The notes beneath the pieces were generated by a model, which was not told the origin of the DNA, searched no databases, and saw only the letters and a list, made by a program, of their open reading frames with translations. From contig CAVTNP010000001.1 in assembly GCA_963736195.1 (NCBI GenBank), positions 690,133-754,132 on the forward strand: a stretch of DNA of 64,000 bases, in the 5' to 3' direction. The DNA comes from Ignavibacteriota bacterium. Lineage in GTDB: Bacteria; Bacteroidota; Ignavibacteria; Palsa-1295. A program made the translations under genes and the position numbers. Below are positions 1-9,205 of this stretch, in pieces. The stretch's first letter is position 1, and every line of letters starts with the position of its first letter.

Positions 1-846
1 TGTGGAGTAACAAATGCCTAGAAGGTATGCGGCATTATTTGGAATATTTGTGTTTCGAACGCCGAATTCACCATAAGCACCAATACCAGAAGAATGCATT
101 AGACGAATAGAATAAGAAAACGATGTATTTTCTTCATCCGTAAAATCATGCCCTAAATCTGGAGAGTATGTCGGAAGAACTCCTGTGGGAACCGATGAAG
201 CATATTCGCCGGTAACTGCAAATCCAAGAGGGAGCGGCAAGCTGTCAATTTTAAAAGAAGTAACATTGCCATCATTTTGATTTAATCCGATCCATTCCTG
301 GAGATCCGCAATTTTTTGATATGTAAAACTGAGTCGATTGAAAGAAATACTCCATCGTGAGCCCTGCGCGTCTATATTATACATAGTAAGACCTTGCTGA
401 AGGCGCATGTCATCATAATTGCCGCCTGATACGTCGAAGCCGATCCAATGTCCAAGGACATGAATTCCCGTATCGAAATCGGCAATAAATTTTGGATAAA
501 CGTCGATGGCCTGAAGATCATATACGCCGTAAGATTGTCCGCGATGTTCGGCGACAAGCTGTGTCGAAAGAGAAAATGCCGTATAGTGAAATTGTGAACT
601 GAAATCGAGATAGGACGCGCCATGAATGAGAGGTTCGTCGCCTACCGAATAACTATCGAATAAAAGCCCTCGCTGTTGGGCTAATAAATTTGGAAGAAGT
701 GCGGTGCCGAATGGATCGCTCTGGTAAATCAAACCACCTCGCAACGACCATTTGAAATCCTTCAGGGAAAACTTCGGTAGAGTATCTTGTGCGGATGCGT
801 TAGAATTAGCGAAGCAGAAAAGAACAATTAGGCTGGCGACTCGCAT
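1..846 (-). CDS. Partial CDS (N-terminal part; C-terminus lies beyond the window start): putative outer-membrane/porin-like protein with signal peptide
   Basis: The reverse-strand frame is open from the window edge to an ATG (complement at 844-846). The N-terminus MRVASLIVLFCFANSNASAQD is a typical signal peptide. Alternating hydrophobic, aromatic-rich strands are consistent with an OM beta-barrel. It is absent from the ORF track because it runs off the edge. Confidence 0.45.
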   Translation of the reverse strand, partial: MRVASLIVLFCFANSNASAQDTLPKFSLKDFKWSLRGGLIYQSDPFGTALLPNLLAQQRGLLFDSYSVGDEPLIHGASYLDFSSQFHYTAFSLSTQLVAEHRGQSYGVYDLQAIDVYPKFIADFDTGIHVLGHWIGFDVSGGNYDDMRLQQGLTMYNIDAQGSRWSISFNRLSFTYQKIADLQEWIGLNQNDGNVTSFKIDSLPLPLGFAVTGEYASSVPTGVLPTYSPDLGHDFTDEENTSFSYSIRLMHSSGIGAYGEFGVRNTNIPNNAAYLLGICYST

Positions 847-924
847 AATAATTCGATTAAACACGCTCAAAAACCTATTATGTAGTGAATAGTTGCACCA
901 AATATCTATCAGCCAGTTTGATTA

Positions 925-2571
925 TCAAACCCTCGCCAACGCCTCGTCGATGGTTGGCGCAAGATTTTCCTCGCCAAGCTCTTTTAAGAATCCGCTGCCA
1001 TCGAGCGCAATATACGGTTGGGAATGAATTTCAGATATAATAAAGCGCCCTTTGGCTTGCCGGACGCGCTTGCGAATATCGCCCAACACTTTCATTCCGG
1101 TCGCGTCAATGGCTGGCACGTTCCGCATTCGCACAATGAGTACCCGCGGAAAGGTACCGACGGAGGACATCGTCTGCATAAAGGAGTCAGCGGCACCGAA
1201 AAAGAATGGGCCATTGATCTCATAGATCTGCACGCCTTCAGGAATAACGAGCTTGCTCATATCGGCTGGAATATCGGCGTCATCCATTTCGCGCGAGATG
1301 ACACTTACATTCGTAACCGTTGCCATACGGTGCATAAAGAGGAATGCAGCGAGCACCATCCCAACCTCAATTGCAACCGTCAGATCAATGACGACTGTAA
1401 GAATAAACGTGGTGAGCAACACGATCACGTCACTCTTCGGCGCTTTCAGCAGGGAACGGAATGTTCGCCACTCGCTCATGTTGTATGCAACAACGACGAG
1501 GATCGCAGCAAGCGCGGCTAGTGGGATCATCGACGCCAAATGCCCGAATGCAAGCAGAATAAGTAACAGCGTAGCCGAATGGATGATACCGGCGATAGGT
1601 GTGCGCCCACCGCTCTTGATATTTGTTGCCGTCCGAGCGATCGCGCCGGTAGCGGGAATTCCACCGAATAGCGGGGTTACAATATTTGCAATTCCTTGTG
1701 CAACAAGTTCCATATTGGAGCGGTGCTTGCCGCCGATCATGCCATCTGCAACCACCGCCGATAGCAATGACTCCACTGCGCCAAGCACCGCTACGGTAAA
1801 GATGGATGGCATCAACATTCGGATCATTGGTAAGCTAATGTGCGGGAATTGGGGCGCTGGGATCGCGCCGGAGATCACACCAAACCGGCTGCCGATCGTA
1901 TCGACTGGAAGATTGAAAAAGTAAACGAGCGATGTCATCACCATAATCACAACAAATGGCGATGGAATTTTTTGTGTCAATCGTGGCCAATAAATAAGAA
2001 TGAACAGTGAAACGACGGCAATCCCAATAGACCATGGATTGACGTTCATCATATTCTCGCCAAAAGCCGCCCATTTGGAAAAGAACTCAGCGGGCACAGC
2101 GCCCATTTTAAGCCCCAGAAAATCTTTTACTTCCGAGGAAAAGATGATGACAGCAATACCGCTGGTGAATCCGGTAATAACTGGCGCCGGAATAAATTTG
2201 ATAACCGCGCCAAATTTTGCGATACCCATCAGCACCAGCACAACGCCGGCAAGCATGGTGGTTACGATAAGTCCGTCGATTCCGAATTTTTCGACAACGC
2301 CATAAATGACAACCACGAACGCGCCCGTTGGTCCGCCGATCTGCACGCGGCTACCGCCAAGTGCGGAGATGAGAAATCCGGCAATGATCGCAGTGATAAT
2401 GCCGCGTTCCGGTGAGACCCCACTCGCGATGGCAAACGCGATCGCCAATGGCAGCGCCACAACGCCAACGATAATACCAGCGGTGGCATCCTTGAAGAAT
2501 GCCTGACGGTTATAGTTTTTAAGAGTAGTGAATAACTTTGGTACGAACATCTGTATAATTGCGGGAGGCAT
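925..2571 (-). CDS. SulP-family anion permease (sulfate/bicarbonate transporter) with C-terminal STAS domain
   Basis: 548 aa with multiple TM helices and glycine-rich SulP motifs (GGSRVQIGGPTGAF...). The C-terminal soluble STAS-like region follows. Start is ATG at 2569-2571. Confidence 0.85.
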   Translation of the reverse strand: MPPAIIQMFVPKLFTTLKNYNRQAFFKDATAGIIVGVVALPLAIAFAIASGVSPERGIITAIIAGFLISALGGSRVQIGGPTGAFVVVIYGVVEKFGIDGLIVTTMLAGVVLVLMGIAKFGAVIKFIPAPVITGFTSGIAVIIFSSEVKDFLGLKMGAVPAEFFSKWAAFGENMMNVNPWSIGIAVVSLFILIYWPRLTQKIPSPFVVIMVMTSLVYFFNLPVDTIGSRFGVISGAIPAPQFPHISLPMIRMLMPSIFTVAVLGAVESLLSAVVADGMIGGKHRSNMELVAQGIANIVTPLFGGIPATGAIARTATNIKSGGRTPIAGIIHSATLLLILLAFGHLASMIPLAALAAILVVVAYNMSEWRTFRSLLKAPKSDVIVLLTTFILTVVIDLTVAIEVGMVLAAFLFMHRMATVTNVSVISREMDDADIPADMSKLVIPEGVQIYEINGPFFFGAADSFMQTMSSVGTFPRVLIVRMRNVPAIDATGMKVLGDIRKRVRQAKGRFIISEIHSQPYIALDGSGFLKELGEENLAPTIDEALARV

Positions 2572-2614
2572 CGGGAACGAGTAGGGTGAAAAGATAATTC
2601 AGCTAACATCATTC

Positions 2615-3475
2615 ATGGCACTCGATCATTTCCGCATAGAACCAGGCAGCGCCTTTTCGCTCGACTCCATCGATCCAGCGAACACACCGGGATTGAAAAC
2701 CAAAAAAAGCGCGGAAACAAAGCTCGTGAGCGACATCGAAGAACTCTCGAAGCTTCAATCTATGCTGTTCGCCCAAGATAATTATTCATTGCTTGTCATT
2801 TTTCAGGCAATGGATACTGCTGGGAAGGATAGCGCGATCAAGCATGTACTGACCGGCGTCAATCCGCAGGGTGTCGAGGTAAGTAACTTTCGCGTTCCGA
2901 GCGCCGAGGAGCTAAACCACGATTTTATGTGGCGTGCCATGAAAAGGCTTCCCGAGCGCGGGCGCATCGGCATTTTTAATCGTTCCTATTACGAAGAAGT
3001 GCTGACGGTTCGGGTTCACCCAGAGCTTTTATCCGGTGAAAAGCTTCCGAAGTCCGCACAAAAGAAAAATATTTGGAAAGAGCGTTATGAAGACATCAAT
3101 GCCATCGAGAAATATCTCACACGCAATGGTATTCGTATCGTTAAGTTCCATCTTTGTATCTCCAAAGAGGAACAGCGCAGGCGCTTACTCGCGCGCATCG
3201 AGGAGCAGGATAAGAACTACAAGATCAGCACGGCCGACGTGTATGAACGCACGTTCTGGAAGGATTATATGTCCGCCTACGAGGAGATGATCCGCCATAC
3301 CAGCACCGCGCACGCCCCGTGGTATGTTATCCCGTCCGATCACAAATGGTACACGCGCATCGCCGTTGCAGATGTGCTGGTTAGTACGCTACAATCGCTT
3401 CAACTCGAATTCCCGAAAATGACGAAAGATAAACTGCGCGAAATGGAGAAAGCGAAAAGACTGCTAAGTGTCTGA
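2615..3475 (+). CDS. ppk2: Polyphosphate kinase 2 (PPK2) family polyphosphate:nucleotide phosphotransferase
   Basis: Walker A-like motif AMDTAGKDS and conserved FNRSYYEEVL block typical of PPK2. Length 286 aa. Confidence 0.8.
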   Translation: MALDHFRIEPGSAFSLDSIDPANTPGLKTKKSAETKLVSDIEELSKLQSMLFAQDNYSLLVIFQAMDTAGKDSAIKHVLTGVNPQGVEVSNFRVPSAEELNHDFMWRAMKRLPERGRIGIFNRSYYEEVLTVRVHPELLSGEKLPKSAQKKNIWKERYEDINAIEKYLTRNGIRIVKFHLCISKEEQRRRLLARIEEQDKNYKISTADVYERTFWKDYMSAYEEMIRHTSTAHAPWYVIPSDHKWYTRIAVADVLVSTLQSLQLEFPKMTKDKLREMEKAKRLLSV

Positions 3476-3501
3476 ACTCGGATTTATGGGATTTTAGGGA
3501 T
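3472..3501. repeat. Left terminal inverted repeat (CTGAACTCGGATTTATGGGATTTTAGGGAT) of the cassette carrying the GxxExxY gene
   Basis: It is the reverse complement of 4029-4058 with 29/30 identity. It contains the TGA stop of ppk2. Confidence 0.7.
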
Positions 3502-3549
3502 CGACAGGAAAATATTAATAAATTTCAACCAAATAACCACTCAATTGCT

Positions 3550-3954
3550 ATGCTCGAAGATAGTGAAATTACTGGTAAGATCATCGGATGCGCAATGAAA
3601 GTACACTCGTCGCTCGGCAATGGCTTTCAAGAAGTTATTTACCAACGAGCCCTTGCGATGGAGTTGGAATTAGCTAACATGCCATTCTCACGTGAGCATG
3701 AAATGCCGATCTATTATCACGGAGCACTTATTGGAACTCGGCGCGTCGATTTCTTGGTCGATGGAAGAATCTCAGTTGAACTAAAAGCTATTACTGTGTT
3801 AGAAAATGTCCACCTTGCTCAGGCGATAAACTACCTTGAAGCGTATAATCTTCGAATCGGTTTATTAATTAATTTCGGTGCGGTCAGTATTGAAGTCCGA
3901 AGGCTTCAAAATAAAAAGCATAAGCCCTCCATTGAACCGAGAGATAGATCTTAA
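3550..3954 (+). CDS. GxxExxY-family protein (PDDEXK_3 nuclease-fold superfamily)
   Basis: 134 aa. The signature G-F-Q-E-V-I-Y (GxxExxY) lies near the N-terminus, followed by RVDFLVD and ELKA blocks typical of this family. The gene is flanked by 30-bp inverted repeats. Confidence 0.7.
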   Translation: MLEDSEITGKIIGCAMKVHSSLGNGFQEVIYQRALAMELELANMPFSREHEMPIYYHGALIGTRRVDFLVDGRISVELKAITVLENVHLAQAINYLEAYNLRIGLLINFGAVSIEVRRLQNKKHKPSIEPRDRS

Positions 3955-4028
3955 CGAAGCGAGCCTCAAGGAAACATAGTGAATTTGCGGGTTCTATGTG
4001 ATTTATTACGAAGAAATTCTTCCTGTTA

Positions 4029-4058
4029 ATCCCTAAAATCCCATAAATCCAAGTTCAG
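4029..4058. repeat. Right terminal inverted repeat (ATCCCTAAAATCCCATAAATCCAAGTTCAG) of the cassette carrying the GxxExxY gene
   Basis: It is the reverse complement of 3472-3501. It contains the stop codon of queG on the opposite strand. Confidence 0.7.
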
Positions 4059-4972
4059 ACAGCCGCATTCCTTATCAATCCCGCCAACTTCGTCCGCTTC
4101 ACAGGGGATTTCTGAAAGCGCCGGGAGAATTCCTCCGCATCCATTTGCGCGATCTTATCTCGTGTGAGGTTCAGATTCCCCTCTCGCGGAGCAAACTCCT
4201 GAATAGCCGATGGTTCTGCAAAGCGGTTCCAGGGACAAACGTCCTGGCAAATATCGCAGCCGTAAAGCCAACTATCCATTTTAGAGGCAAACTCTTCGGG
4301 AATGTTGTGCTCTGGTTTTAGTTCGATGGTAAGATAGGAGATGCAGCGCGTGGCGTCGATCTCGTAAGGTTTCAGTGCATCGGTTGGGCAGGCCTCGAGG
4401 CAGCGGGTGCAGGTGCCGCACAGATCTTCTGCGGGTGAGTCAGCTTCCAACTCGATATTCAGAATGATCTCTGCAAGGAACACCCACGAGCCTGCTTCCC
4501 GTGTGATGATATTGGTGTGCTTTCCTTGCCAACCGATCCCAGCGCGTTCTGCAATAGGTTTTTCGAGGAGCGGGCCGGTGTCGGTGTAATAGCGTCCTTC
4601 AGACTCCGGTACAAGTTGCTTTATTTCTGCAAGCAGCTTTTGGAGAATCGGTGGAATGATCTCGTGGTAATCCGTACCCCACGCATAACGGGAGATCTTT
4701 AGCTCTCCTGCATCAGGGAATTTGTCTGGATGATAATAGTTAAGCGCCAGCGAGAGAATGCTTTTCGCTCCTGGCAGAATATTCCTGACATCGCGCCGCT
4801 TTTCGTGGTTGTGCTCCATCCACTTCATCATCCCATGCGCACCGCCTGCGACCCATGCTTCAAAGTAATCCGCAGCTTCGTTAAATGGCTCAGCGGAAGT
4901 CACACCGGCTTTGTTAAAGCCGATCTCGATCGCTTTTGCTTTGATGAGATTGGTTAACTCGCCGGGAGTCAT
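4055..4972 (-). CDS. queG: Epoxyqueuosine reductase QueG (4Fe-4S)
   Basis: CGTCTRCLEACP and CDICQDVCPWN ferredoxin-type cysteine motifs. Length and order match QueG. Confidence 0.85.
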   Translation of the reverse strand: MTPGELTNLIKAKAIEIGFNKAGVTSAEPFNEAADYFEAWVAGGAHGMMKWMEHNHEKRRDVRNILPGAKSILSLALNYYHPDKFPDAGELKISRYAWGTDYHEIIPPILQKLLAEIKQLVPESEGRYYTDTGPLLEKPIAERAGIGWQGKHTNIITREAGSWVFLAEIILNIELEADSPAEDLCGTCTRCLEACPTDALKPYEIDATRCISYLTIELKPEHNIPEEFASKMDSWLYGCDICQDVCPWNRFAEPSAIQEFAPREGNLNLTRDKIAQMDAEEFSRRFQKSPVKRTKLAGLIRNAAV

Positions 4973-4978
4973 GCTATG

Positions 4979-6193
4979 TCAATGTACAACAGCAATTTTC
5001 CGAATTTCTCGCTTATTGCCCGCTTCCACAACCGCAAAATATATGCCTGCATTGACTGTAGAAAGATCAATGTTTACTGAGCCTGATTCATCCTGCGATA
5101 ACACTTCTGACCCAAGCATATTCAAGATTTGGATCTTGTATGAACCCTCCTCCGTCACGATCGCAAGCCTGTCGCCAGTCTGAACGATCTGAAATGCAGG
5201 CGGTGGAACTTCGCTCGTAACCCCGCTCGATACCTGGAACTCCAGATCGCCGCAAGAAAGCGTATCTGCTTGTACTTGCGCCTCGAAAGTATCACGCACA
5301 CCGGCACTTGACACAATAGTGCTTCGCTCCGGTACATGATTGATCATACCACCTGACTTGATGTAAAAAGTGTTCCAGCTTTCTTCTGATGTGGTATAGA
5401 CGCTACCCTCCGATTCCACAAAAACTGTTTGTGGATACGGAGTTGTAATCATTGTATCGATCCCGCCTGGTTTTACCCACACAAAACTATCGGCTACGCT
5501 TTCTGGAGTCGTCACTATCGTTGCGTACCAGGGAATCGTTGGTTCGCAATCGAGCACGCGGATGCTGATCGGCGTCGTGGTTTCACATCCAGCGGCATTA
5601 AAAATTGATACCGTTCCATCCTTAATGCCGATCGTGGGGTAGCTTACAGATACCCTGGCTCCGGTCGCAGAGGGTACGCTTGCATCTTCGTTGAAGCTCC
5701 AATAAAAGGAATCAGCCGATGGAAATGCAGAGGCAGTGAACGTGGCGACTTGACCAACCATCACGGCTGGCCCACTTAAGGAATCGGTTGCGGTGGGAGC
5801 AAAGTAATTCCCATCAATAAGAAGCGTAACAGTGGGAAGAGGGTAATTCGACACTGTAATATCATTCCCATTATCGGCAGAACTATCTACGGGGTCACTG
5901 GATACCACGCGAACGCGATAGCCAAGCCCGGTATTTGCGAGTTCGATTTGAAATGAACCTGTGTCGCCGGTCTCGGAACCGAACATAGTCGGTGAGTCGA
6001 ACGAACCATTGCTATTCGAAAGCTCGGCAACAAAAACGTTAGATGAATCGAACGAGCCACTTGCGGTGTAACTAAGATTGAGGATACCGTCTAAGCAATA
6101 CACCAGCTTCGTAATCGGTTTCAGCGTGATCGTCTGTCCACGGGCCTCGATCGCCGTGGCGCAAAGAAGAATAAGTGCAATTCGTAACTTCAT
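4979..6193 (-). CDS. Secreted protein of unknown function with T9SS C-terminal sorting domain (paralog family member 1)
   Basis: Signal peptide MKLRIALILLCATAIEARG. The N-terminal block QTITLKPITKLVYCLDG is shared with 6248-7444 and 31937-33316. The C-terminus ...GIYFAVVEAGNKREIRKIAVVH is typical of a Por secretion tail. Confidence 0.7.
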   Translation of the reverse strand: MKLRIALILLCATAIEARGQTITLKPITKLVYCLDGILNLSYTASGSFDSSNVFVAELSNSNGSFDSPTMFGSETGDTGSFQIELANTGLGYRVRVVSSDPVDSSADNGNDITVSNYPLPTVTLLIDGNYFAPTATDSLSGPAVMVGQVATFTASAFPSADSFYWSFNEDASVPSATGARVSVSYPTIGIKDGTVSIFNAAGCETTTPISIRVLDCEPTIPWYATIVTTPESVADSFVWVKPGGIDTMITTPYPQTVFVESEGSVYTTSEESWNTFYIKSGGMINHVPERSTIVSSAGVRDTFEAQVQADTLSCGDLEFQVSSGVTSEVPPPAFQIVQTGDRLAIVTEEGSYKIQILNMLGSEVLSQDESGSVNIDLSTVNAGIYFAVVEAGNKREIRKIAVVH

Positions 6194-6247
6194 CGTCCGC
6201 TCCTTTGATGAAGCATAGAAAACACTGTACCGCCCCGAAAGTTACAC

Positions 6248-7444
6248 CTAATGCATCACCGCGATCCTTTGAACCTTCCGGTCATTTCCCGAAACCACCA
6301 CCGCGAAATAAACTCCCGCCGAAAGTGCCGAAAGCTCGACATCCAACGCACCAGACCCACGCTGCGAAAGCACCTCTGTGCCGAGAATATTCGAGATGCG
6401 GATTTCGATCGGTAATCCTTCATCATTCGCAAAGAAATGATCGCCGGATTGAAGAATTGTTAAATTTGAAGGAGGGGGATTGTCGACAAGGCTGGGAAGA
6501 ACTTGGGAGTAATCGAAAGTAAGATCGGGACAGTAAAAATTGAACCTTAAAACACTATCGATTCCTGAATCCAAAACAGCAGCGGATAAATAGAATGGAT
6601 TCCCTTCTGTGTTCACTGAGGCACCATCCTTAATGTAAAAGATATAATTTGCTTGTAGCTGGCCCTCAATAGTTGCTCCGGGCTCTACAAAAATAGTCTG
6701 TGGATTATCACCAAAGATGTCTCCATCGAGGGACAAAATTCCACCAGGCCTAACCCAGACATACTGATAATCATTGGGACCAATGCCCGAAGTGGTTCCT
6801 TCAATAACGTCTACGTCCGGCCAATGGGGAATGGTTGGATTACAGCTAAGAATATAAAATGTGAAATTAGTAGTTGCCATGCACCCTGCCGCGTTCGTGA
6901 CGAGCAGACTTCCTGTCTTAGGGCCATCATGGGAATAACTCAATGCTACTGACGAATCCTGAGAATGATGTGTGGAGGCATCGGTATCGATAAACGTCCA
7001 GTCAAATAGAGTTCCTGTTGGCTCCATGTCGGTGATGTAGATGGTGTCTCCTATGAGTGCAAACGGAGAACTTGGAATTGGTTCTGGACTTGGTGGGCTT
7101 AAAACTTGAATATCGGATGGATTACTATCAGAAATTGCATAAGGATCAATCGAAGCAACCTTCACGTGAAAATTAGAGCCGATTGATCCCAACTTAACAC
7201 TAATAGAACCATTCATTGAGGAATTGTTTCCAATAATCGTGAAGTGGGAGAACGATCCATTGGCATCAGATAGCTCCACGAAGAAAGAATTATTGGAGGC
7301 AAAACTCCCACTCGCTTGATATGGGACAGTGATACTATCGTCCAAGCAATACAGAAGCTTCGTAATTGGCCCAAGCGTAATCGTCTGCGCTTCGAGTGAA
7401 GTCGCAGTCAGCAAAAAGCAAATAATAATTACGATTTTCTTCAT
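6248..7444 (-). CDS. Secreted protein of unknown function with T9SS C-terminal sorting domain (paralog family member 2)
   Basis: The track ORF is 6248..7489. A better start is MKKIVIIICFLLTATSLEAQ (signal peptide) at 7444. It carries the conserved QTITLGPITKLLYCLDD and CxDLTFDYSQ blocks, and a C-terminal sorting tail ...GVYFAVVVSGNDRKVQRIAVMH. Confidence 0.7.
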   Translation of the reverse strand: MKKIVIIICFLLTATSLEAQTITLGPITKLLYCLDDSITVPYQASGSFASNNSFFVELSDANGSFSHFTIIGNNSSMNGSISVKLGSIGSNFHVKVASIDPYAISDSNPSDIQVLSPPSPEPIPSSPFALIGDTIYITDMEPTGTLFDWTFIDTDASTHHSQDSSVALSYSHDGPKTGSLLVTNAAGCMATTNFTFYILSCNPTIPHWPDVDVIEGTTSGIGPNDYQYVWVRPGGILSLDGDIFGDNPQTIFVEPGATIEGQLQANYIFYIKDGASVNTEGNPFYLSAAVLDSGIDSVLRFNFYCPDLTFDYSQVLPSLVDNPPPSNLTILQSGDHFFANDEGLPIEIRISNILGTEVLSQRGSGALDVELSALSAGVYFAVVVSGNDRKVQRIAVMH

Positions 7445-7498
7445 AAATTTAGCTTCGAGGCGGAATGTACGGTTTATCCCTATAGACAAGAACGCACA

Positions 7499-7528
7499 AG
7501 GTCGCTCGGGTTACAAAATTATTTTAAA
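7499..7528 (-). promoter_or_regulatory. Conserved ~30-bp motif ATAATTTTGTAACCCGAGCGACC upstream of a T9SS cargo gene (second copy at 33637-33666)
   Basis: A near-identical 30-mer occurs in the same orientation upstream of two unrelated T9SS cargo genes. Confidence 0.3.
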
Positions 7529-7571
7529 AATCTTTTGTGAGTGGTCAAAATAGCTCAAAAAAGGGCATTTT

Positions 7572-7970
7572 TCAAAGTGGCTTTTCCCTCACCCAGACCT
7601 CACCATCCGCCATTTTCACCTCATAGACAGGAATGCTTCCGCTTGCGCCGATCTGCTGGCCGGTCGGAATATCGAAGATCCAGCCATGCAGTGGGCAGGT
7701 GACGGTTCGCGCTACGCAATCAAGCGAACCTGCCGCCAGCAGCGGCGACATCTCGTGTGGGCAGATATTTGAGGTGGCATAGATCGCGCCATCGATATTG
7801 AATATCGCGATCTCGCGATCCTCAATCACAATAACCTTCCCACGCTCGCAATTTTTTGGGAGTTCATCGACGGTGCAAGCGAAGGTGAATTCCATCGGAG
7901 CGTTCACCTCGCCCCGCAATTCTCTTCGCGCGGCTTCGAGGGCTTCGTCGTCGAACTCGTCCGTGGCCAT
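7572..7970 (-). CDS. Rieske [2Fe-2S] ferredoxin-like protein, last gene of the nuo cluster
   Basis: CPH...CPLHGW Rieske motif. Its start overlaps the nuoD stop at 7970. The true start may be the internal Met at about 7895. Confidence 0.7.
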   Translation of the reverse strand: MATDEFDDEALEAARRELRGEVNAPMEFTFACTVDELPKNCERGKVIVIEDREIAIFNIDGAIYATSNICPHEMSPLLAAGSLDCVARTVTCPLHGWIFDIPTGQQIGASGSIPVYEVKMADGEVWVREKPL

Positions 7971-9181
7971 TACCTATCCACTTCCCCCAGCACAATATCG
8001 ATCGAGCCGAGGATCACGATGAGATCGGCAATGAGGTAGCCACGCGAAATGAGCGGCAACAGACTGAGATTCGAAAATGCAGGGGAGCGGACCTTCACGC
8101 GCCACGGCTTTACATCGCCTTTCGAGACGATATAATATCCAAGTTCCCCGCGCGGAGTTTCCGTGCGTGAGAATATCTCGCCTTCTGGTGGTTTGATGCG
8201 CTTGGGAATTGCGGATTGAACATCGGTCGGATCATTAGTTGGATACTGCTCCAGAATTTGCTCGATGATATTCAGCGATTGTTCCCACTCCACCATACGC
8301 ACCCAATTCCTATTAAAGGAGTCGCCGAGTGTAGCGAGTTTGTCAGAGCCAACGGCTACTTCGAAATCGAATCGGTCGTAAATGGAATAGGGATCGTTCT
8401 TACGAACATCCCATTTTACACCACAGGCGCGCAGCATTGGGCCGGACGCACCACCATTGATCGCAACTTCCGCATCCAACACGCCAATATCTGCGGTACG
8501 TTGTCGGAAAATATGATTGAACGTCAGGAGATCGTTAATCTCTTTATGTGTGGCGCGGGAAGTGTTCAGGAACTCGCGGCACATGCCGAGCACATCCGGA
8601 TGCAGATCATGGGAAAGCCCGCCAACCCACATGTAATTATACAGAAAGCGGGCACCGCACGTTTTCTCGAACATTTCAAGAATGGTCTCGCGGTCGCGGA
8701 AGCAATAGAGAAATGGCGTAAACGCACCTGCGTCCATTCCAAACGTTCCGATCGCTATCAGATGTGAAGCAATGCGTTGAAGTTCAGCAAACAGAACGCG
8801 AATATACTCCACCTTTTGAGGAACTTCAATATTCATCATCCGCTCGACAGCTGTCACATACCCGTGCTCGCCTGACATGGCAGCAATGTAATCCATGCGA
8901 TCAACGTAGGGAATGATCTGTGGATAGGTCAACTGCTCCGCATGCTTTTCAAAGCAGCGGTGAAGGTAACCGATATGAGGAATAACATCAACTACGAGCT
9001 CGCCATCGAGCACCACTTCCAGGCGCAGCACGCCGTGCGTGGATGGATGCTGAGGCCCCATGTTCAGCACCATTTCCTCGGTGTGCAATCGCCCGCGCTC
9101 GACTTCTTCGGGCGCGTGGATTGGTGCGCTTGCATGAAGCGTGCTGTGCGTGATGGTGTGGCGATCGAAAATTTCTGGCAT
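7970..9181 (-). CDS. nuoD: NADH-quinone oxidoreductase subunit D (49 kDa)
   Basis: 403 aa with strong NuoD/NiFe-hydrogenase large-subunit-like conservation throughout (e.g. ...RSPAFSNLS... C-terminal block). Confidence 0.95.
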   Translation of the reverse strand: MPEIFDRHTITHSTLHASAPIHAPEEVERGRLHTEEMVLNMGPQHPSTHGVLRLEVVLDGELVVDVIPHIGYLHRCFEKHAEQLTYPQIIPYVDRMDYIAAMSGEHGYVTAVERMMNIEVPQKVEYIRVLFAELQRIASHLIAIGTFGMDAGAFTPFLYCFRDRETILEMFEKTCGARFLYNYMWVGGLSHDLHPDVLGMCREFLNTSRATHKEINDLLTFNHIFRQRTADIGVLDAEVAINGGASGPMLRACGVKWDVRKNDPYSIYDRFDFEVAVGSDKLATLGDSFNRNWVRMVEWEQSLNIIEQILEQYPTNDPTDVQSAIPKRIKPPEGEIFSRTETPRGELGYYIVSKGDVKPWRVKVRSPAFSNLSLLPLISRGYLIADLIVILGSIDIVLGEVDR

Positions 9182-9205
9182 TGAAATAGTGGTAATCCCG
9201 GTGCG

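Noticed and set aside
372-623. 83-aa minus-strand ORF near window start
   Set aside because: It is in a different frame from the long open frame that runs off the window edge (the partial OMP gene 1-846). It is likely spurious.
8216-8767. 183-aa ORF antisense to nuoD; similar antisense ORFs at 20179..20778, 27496..28038, 49763..50308, 1018..1924
   Set aside because: All lie opposite strongly supported genes and have biased low-complexity composition. They are treated as non-coding.
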